DNA from: Acidobacteriota bacterium
GTDB taxonomy: Bacteria; Acidobacteriota; UBA6911; RPQK01; JAJDTT01
Direction: 5' to 3'
Assembly: GCA_965217775.1 (NCBI GenBank)
Contig: CBDCJH010000002.1
Span: 6,112,001-6,176,000 of the forward strand
Length of the DNA stretch: 64,000 nucleotides
The notes under the pieces: generated by a model
Told to the model about the DNA's origin: nothing
What the model saw: the letters and a program-made list of their open reading frames with translations, nothing else
The model's database searches: none
Shown here: one piece after another, positions 59,018-64,000 of the stretch
Position numbering within the stretch: position 1 is the stretch's first letter
How the letters are laid out: every line of letters starts with the position of its first letter
Translations under genes and position numbers: made by a program

Positions 59018-59395
59018 TCAGTGGACCCTGCCGGGTGAGAAGGCTTTCTCCTCCTCGTAACCATGGGTCAGGACGAAGAAATAAGAAGCGGCCGGACCCA
59101 CGTCCGACTCGATGACCAGCTCGAAGAGGTTCTCCTCGTTGCGCTCTCCGGCCACGGCCTGGACGTAGCGAATCTCCTCGGATTTGACGAAAAGCTCGCC
59201 CAGCAGGAGCTTTCCCCGGAGAACCTGAACCAGCAAAGTGCCGTCCGGCTCACTGGCGAAATGCCAGTGGAGGTCCTCGTCGTCGTAGAGGACGGCGTTC
59301 ATGGTCCCCGCCCTCAAGATGCAGTTGGGATGGGCGTTGAGCCATCTCCAGAAAGCGTCGAACGTCATCGTGAAAGGAGCTTCCATGGAATTCAT
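59018..59395 (-). CDS. Hypothetical protein
   Basis: ORF with host-like codon usage (FWRWL..HPNCILRAG...); start uncertain. Confidence 0.7.
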   Translation of the reverse strand: MNSMEAPFTMTFDAFWRWLNAHPNCILRAGTMNAVLYDDEDLHWHFASEPDGTLLVQVLRGKLLLGELFVKSEEIRYVQAVAGERNEENLFELVIESDVGPAASYFFVLTHGYEEEKAFSPGRVH

Positions 59396-59400
59396 GTTAA

Positions 59401-59435
59401 CAGTCCGTCGCAAAAGTCGTCACGGCATTCGACCG
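59401..59435 (+). mobile_element. 158-bp MITE family, left ~35 bp only
   Basis: TTAA followed by CAGTCCGTCGCAAAAGTCGTCACGGCATTCGACCG, matching 58788-58822. Confidence 0.85.
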
Positions 59436-59444
59436 GTTCTCCGG

Positions 59445-60689
59445 TTATCGCCGGAGCGCCGCGTCGACGCCCAGATATCCTGCCAGCAGGAAAAATAGGA
59501 GGATGGAGGCCAGCACTATCGAGGTCCAGGGCCGGTTCCTGTAGCGGCGGCCGATCCATCCGGCCTTGCCGTTCATGCGCAGCAACGCGGCTGCCAGCAT
59601 GGGGACGAAGAGCACGCCGACAATGGCGTACGTTTTCTGCATCCGGGCGAACCCGACCCACAGACCCACCATCGGAACGGTGGCCATGGCGTACATGAAC
59701 CCACGGTAGAATCTGGAGTCGCAGTCCACTCGGCGGCGCTTGACTGACCCCTTGATCCCCATCAGGGAGGTCAGGTCCGTGAACAGGTACGGAATGCTTT
59801 GCCACGCTCCCAGCAGACTGCTGAAGATGGCTCCCCACGCTCCCAACAGGAACGCCCACCCCCCCAAGGGACCCAGCGAGTCCGTAAGCCGTTCGGCCAG
59901 GCGAATCAGTAGCGTGGCGCCGCCGCCCCGGACCTCGACCTGGCTGCCGATGATCACCATGGCCAGGCCGAACAGGGCCGTCACGACGTAGGCGGCGGCC
60001 AGATCGAGGCGGCAGACTTTGAGATCCTTCGTGCCGGTGCGCCCCTCCTCCTGGATCCAGTAGCCGTAGCAGAGAATTGTGACCGTACCGCCGACGCCCC
60101 CCATGAGGGCCAGTATCCATCCCAGTCCCTGTCCGTCCGCCTGGGGAATGGCAGGCCACACCAGACCGGCGATGACGTCCCCCCAATCGGGAGCCAGCCG
60201 AACGGCGGAGATCACGACCGTACAGAACATCAGGCCGATACAGACTTTCATGACCTTTTCGAAGAGCCGGTAGCCCCCCAGGCGGACCATCAAGAGTCCG
60301 ATCAGACTCCACACGATCCCGTGGATGATCTTGCCCGTCACCGGGTCGGAATGAAGAGGCAGGAGGGCGTGGGAAGCCACACCGCAGGCGCTCATCAACG
60401 CCGCCGCCACCAGGAAGCTCCAGACCACCAGATATCCCAGGAATAGATATTGGACGGGTCGGCCCAGGTGAACCACCGCGCCTTCCAAAAGGGTCTGCCC
60501 CGTGGCCAGTTGCCAGCGCGTGATGCCCTCGCTGAGGACGAACTTGAAGAAGCTGCCGGCCAGCACGGCCCAGAGGATTGCGACCCCCAGCTCCGATCCG
60601 GCGAAACCGGCGGTGGCCAGGTCGCCCGCGCCCACGCCGGTGGCCGCCACCAGAATCCCGGGCCCCAATATGGAGAGCGGATTTCTCAT
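59445..60689 (-). CDS. NRAMP-family transporter
   Basis: LGPGILVAATGVGAGD; about 11 TM segments; Y.YWI.E.G. Confidence 0.88.
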   Translation of the reverse strand: MRNPLSILGPGILVAATGVGAGDLATAGFAGSELGVAILWAVLAGSFFKFVLSEGITRWQLATGQTLLEGAVVHLGRPVQYLFLGYLVVWSFLVAAALMSACGVASHALLPLHSDPVTGKIIHGIVWSLIGLLMVRLGGYRLFEKVMKVCIGLMFCTVVISAVRLAPDWGDVIAGLVWPAIPQADGQGLGWILALMGGVGGTVTILCYGYWIQEEGRTGTKDLKVCRLDLAAAYVVTALFGLAMVIIGSQVEVRGGGATLLIRLAERLTDSLGPLGGWAFLLGAWGAIFSSLLGAWQSIPYLFTDLTSLMGIKGSVKRRRVDCDSRFYRGFMYAMATVPMVGLWVGFARMQKTYAIVGVLFVPMLAAALLRMNGKAGWIGRRYRNRPWTSIVLASILLFFLLAGYLGVDAALRR

Positions 60690-60763
60690 CTTGTGTCTCG
60701 CGGCAGTCTGCTACAGTGAACGGCCGTTCATCGGATTTCCAGCTAATCTGTAAGGGGTTGAAT

Positions 60764-62305
60764 GTGAACCTGTTACCAGCCCGAGCCTTTCTCCTGGTCC
60801 CACTCCTCTTCGTTGCGGCGGCAACATCGGCCCCCGCGCAGGATTCCTACATTTATACGATACGAGCGGGCATACGCGAGCTTTTCCTGGATGACCACCA
60901 CCTCGGCTCCGTCTACAATCTCGAGCGCCGAGTCCACCCGGTCCGGAAGCAACCCGGCGGACCTGTGGTGTGGGCCGACCAGCCCTGGGAAAAGACCTCC
61001 GCGGGCGAGAACAGCTACAGCGAACTGGTGGAGTACTACGGTGCTCCCGGATGGGACCCGGACGAAGGGGTCTGGAAGATGTGGTACGTCATCGGTGACG
61101 GGAAACGGGCGGCGTATGCCCGATCACGGGACGGAGTCGGTTGGGAAAAACCGAATCTGGGCATCGTGCAATACGAGGGATCGGGCGAGAACAACCTGGT
61201 CAAGGTCGAGGGAGATCCTAGCGCCCTGATCGTCCACGTCCTCATGGATCCGAACGCCCCAGCGGAGCGCCGTTACGTCGGATTGTGCTGGGTGGGACGA
61301 CGGGGAAGGGAGGCCGTTGCCTCCTCCGACGGTTACGTGTTTCGAAAGCTGGGGTACCCGCCGATCCCGGGGCAAGACACGTCCCATCTGAACTATGACG
61401 AAAAAGGCGGCCGCTTCCTGCTGACCGTCAAGCATCCCGGACCTTTCGGGCGCTCCGTCTATCTTTCGATGAGCCGCGATCTCCAGGAATGGACTCCCCA
61501 CGAACTCATCTTCCACGCCGACCTGCGGGATCAGGAATTGGGGCGGGAGCGGATCCGCACGCATCTGTCCGACCCCGGTCTTCACACACCCACCTACCAT
61601 CGCCCCCAGGAGTACCGGACCGAGATCTACAACATGCCCGTCTTTCCCTACGAGAGCCTCTACATCGGGCTGCCCACCTTCTTCGAAGCCGCCGGCCTCA
61701 TCCCCCTGCCGCGGGGCAACCAGGACGGGTTCAACTCGGTGAAGCTGGCCAGCAGCCGGGATCTCAAGCGCTGGAACAAGGTGGGGCGGCGCGAGTCCTT
61801 CATTCCCGTCTCCCGGTTGTCGGAAGGACGGCTGGACACCGTGCAGATTCTGGCCGCCTCCCGGCCGGTGGTGAAGGAGAAGGAGCTCTGGTTCTACTAT
61901 TCGGGCATCAAGGAACGGTACACTCCCGACGGCACCTATCATGGCGCCATCTTCCTGGCCAAGTTGCGCCGCGACGGCTTCGTATCCTTCCGGGCCGGTG
62001 CCGAGGAGGGCTTCGTCGAGACGCGGCCAATCCGGTTTCAGGGAGACCGCCTGTTCTGCAACGTGGACGCGCGCGGCGGCGAACTGACGGTGGAGGTGGT
62101 GCCGCCGTCCAGAAGAAGATCCGAGTTGCGAGAGTGGGCCGGAAAGCGATCGCGGCCCATTCGCGGGGACCGTCTGGAGGCCGAAGTGACCTGGGAGGGA
62201 CGGGACGACCTCCGCGAACTGAACGGGAAGGTTCTCCGTCTGCGCTTTCACCTCACGGACGCCGATCTCTACTCCTTCTGGTCGGAATCGGGTAGGAAGC
62301 CTTAG
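60764..62305 (+). CDS. Secreted five-bladed beta-propeller glycosidase-like protein (paralogue of 44862-46376)
   Basis: Signal peptide; ELFLDD, WKMWY, SRDGVGWEKPNLG, LRRDGFVS, LYSF. Confidence 0.78.
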   Translation: MNLLPARAFLLVPLLFVAAATSAPAQDSYIYTIRAGIRELFLDDHHLGSVYNLERRVHPVRKQPGGPVVWADQPWEKTSAGENSYSELVEYYGAPGWDPDEGVWKMWYVIGDGKRAAYARSRDGVGWEKPNLGIVQYEGSGENNLVKVEGDPSALIVHVLMDPNAPAERRYVGLCWVGRRGREAVASSDGYVFRKLGYPPIPGQDTSHLNYDEKGGRFLLTVKHPGPFGRSVYLSMSRDLQEWTPHELIFHADLRDQELGRERIRTHLSDPGLHTPTYHRPQEYRTEIYNMPVFPYESLYIGLPTFFEAAGLIPLPRGNQDGFNSVKLASSRDLKRWNKVGRRESFIPVSRLSEGRLDTVQILAASRPVVKEKELWFYYSGIKERYTPDGTYHGAIFLAKLRRDGFVSFRAGAEEGFVETRPIRFQGDRLFCNVDARGGELTVEVVPPSRRRSELREWAGKRSRPIRGDRLEAEVTWEGRDDLRELNGKVLRLRFHLTDADLYSFWSESGRKP

Positions 62306-62433
62306 TCGCCGAAAGCGCTTCAGTTGGCGCCCCAAGCCGCTCCGGGATGAAGTTCGCTCGAAGCAAGTTCAAGGTGCAAAATCGATGATATGGCAGGACC
62401 TTACGAAACTAATCCGATACTACGAGGAACAGA

Positions 62434-62706
62434 ATGAGGACAGGATGCATTCTCAGCGATTACCTTGAACAGGCTATGGCGACGGCGACATACGACAGGT
62501 TGGATGGCGGTTCGTTTGCGGGTTGGATTCCGCCGTGCAAGGGCGTTGTCTCCTTTGGCGCCACGCTGAATGAATGTGAGCATCTACTCCGCTCGACTCT
62601 GGAGGATTGGCTTTTCCTCGGCCTGAAGCTCGGACACGAATTACCGGTTATTTCCGGAATCGATCTGAACCGGGAACCGCCTCGTGAGCTGGTGGGCACC
62701 GTGTGA
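62434..62706 (+). CDS. hicB: HicB-family antitoxin
   Basis: AM..A.Y..L..G.F.G.IP.C.GV..FG.TL.EC...L...LEDW...GL.LG..LP. Confidence 0.85.
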   Translation: MRTGCILSDYLEQAMATATYDRLDGGSFAGWIPPCKGVVSFGATLNECEHLLRSTLEDWLFLGLKLGHELPVISGIDLNREPPRELVGTV

Positions 62707-62749
62707 GCGAAGCCTTTTCGTTCGCCGCGAACATGCCCTGCGCCGATGA
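62684..62749 (+). pseudogene. Truncated HicA-like toxin start
   Basis: GTG-SWWAPCERSLFVRR overlapping the hicB end, as in hicBA pairs, then a stop after 21 codons. Confidence 0.45.
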
Positions 62750-62808
62750 GTGGGGGAAGAGGTTGCGAATATTGAATCGTGGTCCGGATGGGAAGTCCGG
62801 CCTGTGGA

Positions 62809-63990
62809 TCAGCGGCGGCCCAGGAGTCGGGACAACTGGGCCATAGCCGGGTGAGTCGTCGAAGTGGCAGACGGCATGCTTTCATACCGATCCAGCAGTT
62901 CGGACTCAGCAAATAATTGTGGCCAGTCCAGGTTGGCGGCGATTCGTCCTCCGTCCACCACGACGGCGGATAGTTCCAACAGCCTGAACAGATCTCTCAC
63001 CATTGCGCGATCGGGATGCTTGAGACCCAGGTAAAGCGCTCGTCCCCGATTCACCAGGTCGCGCGGTTCTGTTGGGCCGGTGTCCAGCAGGATCTCCAGG
63101 ATCTCCAACTGGCGCTGGGCCAGAACTCGACGGCGAGGACTGCGTAGTTTCCCAAACAACGATCTGGCGAATTCCCGGAACAGCACTCGCCGATGGTTGG
63201 TGGCGATGGCCTCGGTGACCGCGTTGCATCTCTCGGCCACCGCCGGCAGCGCAAACTTCAGGAACGGCGTCAGATCGTGTCCGTTCTTCCGGGTTTCGTA
63301 CAGAGCGGTCAGGTACTCGTCTTGGTGTTCGTAGTAGTAGTTGGACAGGCTGACCATGATCACGTCGTTGACGCCGGCCCGCCGCAGCATGAACGCTTCC
63401 AGGGCACGGGCGGTGCGGCCGTTTCCGTCGCCGAAAGGGTGCATCGCACCGATGTGGTAGTGAGCCGCGATGGCCTGAATGAGGCGGTCGTGGCGCCGGA
63501 ACTCTCCGGCGATGGCGGTGACGAGGCCGTCGAATGCGGCGCGGCATTCATTGCCGCCCTCAGCGCCCCGGCAGCGTGGCGTTCCGAATGTGACGTTCCA
63601 ACCATCAGGACGTGTCTCACCCGGTGTGCAATTGCGATCGTCGCATCCGGTTACAATGCGCCGGTGAATTTCCCGGCTGAACTCGGCGGTTACCGGCTGT
63701 TCGGCTGGTCGCGAGCGCAGCCACCGGTAGGTAGCGTCGGCGGCCCGCAGTTGACGCTGGGAATGGGTCAATTTGGTCGCCCCAGTCGCGGCGGGTGCAA
63801 GAGCTTTTTCTTGTTCGCGCTGCGTGAACTGGGCGCCTTCGATGCGCGAAGTGCCGGCCGCTTCCAATCGCAACTGCTCCTCGTGTGCCTGCTCGATCCA
63901 CTGAGGTAGATACGGCATCTGATTCAGGACGCCGCCGGCGGTCCTGGCCTCGATCAGCAGGTGGAAGACGGCAGAGGGATCGTAGTGCAC
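62809..63990 (-). CDS. Fic-family protein (probably starts beyond the window end)
   Basis: TSRIEG; canonical HPFGDGNGRTAR motif; Y..AL...DLT. Confidence 0.93.
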   Translation of the reverse strand: MHYDPSAVFHLLIEARTAGGVLNQMPYLPQWIEQAHEEQLRLEAAGTSRIEGAQFTQREQEKALAPAATGATKLTHSQRQLRAADATYRWLRSRPAEQPVTAEFSREIHRRIVTGCDDRNCTPGETRPDGWNVTFGTPRCRGAEGGNECRAAFDGLVTAIAGEFRRHDRLIQAIAAHYHIGAMHPFGDGNGRTARALEAFMLRRAGVNDVIMVSLSNYYYEHQDEYLTALYETRKNGHDLTPFLKFALPAVAERCNAVTEAIATNHRRVLFREFARSLFGKLRSPRRRVLAQRQLEILEILLDTGPTEPRDLVNRGRALYLGLKHPDRAMVRDLFRLLELSAVVVDGGRIAANLDWPQLFAESELLDRYESMPSATSTTHPAMAQLSRLLGRR

Positions 63991-64000
63991 CCATCGCCGG

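Noticed and set aside
1-64000. CRISPR array, rRNA or tRNA genes
   Set aside because: No regularly spaced repeat-spacer series or cloverleaf/rRNA signature was recognised; the repeats found are MITEs, REPs or two-copy direct repeats. The TnpB is therefore not called Cas12.

Overview
GC-rich bacterial chromosome segment. The gene content (GWxTD protein, TMTC-like TPR protein, sulfatase-TPR, M1/M28 peptidases) suggests Acidobacteriota, which is an inference. A housekeeping and secreted-enzyme backbone (acnA, queG, msbA-like, fabI, sfsA, AlaX-like, mdh, peptidases, beta-propeller hydrolases) is interrupted by four accessory patches at about 8-20.4 kb, 33.8-40.3 kb, 57-59.4 kb and 62.3-64 kb. The strongest observation is a tnpB with an intact RuvC triad as the only gene of a 1244-bp element (17555-18798). 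This element has 22-bp terminal inverted repeats starting GGGGATTAT and an exact 8-bp target duplication (ATAATCTA). Those are IS1595/ISNwi-type DDE ends rather than IS200/IS605 or IS607 ends. Other items: a 158-bp MITE family (two full copies, two complementary halves, one copy inserted in-frame inside an IS transposase); a complete IS1380; a frameshifted ISNCY/IS1202-like IS; IS6, hsdS and repA relics; a ~1200-aa SIR2 (Dsr-like) defence protein; three antitoxins that have lost their toxins; a vapBC module and a captured mdh fragment each preceded by the same 26-bp repeat; and a GGAG-type REP family. No rRNA, tRNA or CRISPR array was recognised. All family assignments come from motif recognition by eye, not from database searches.
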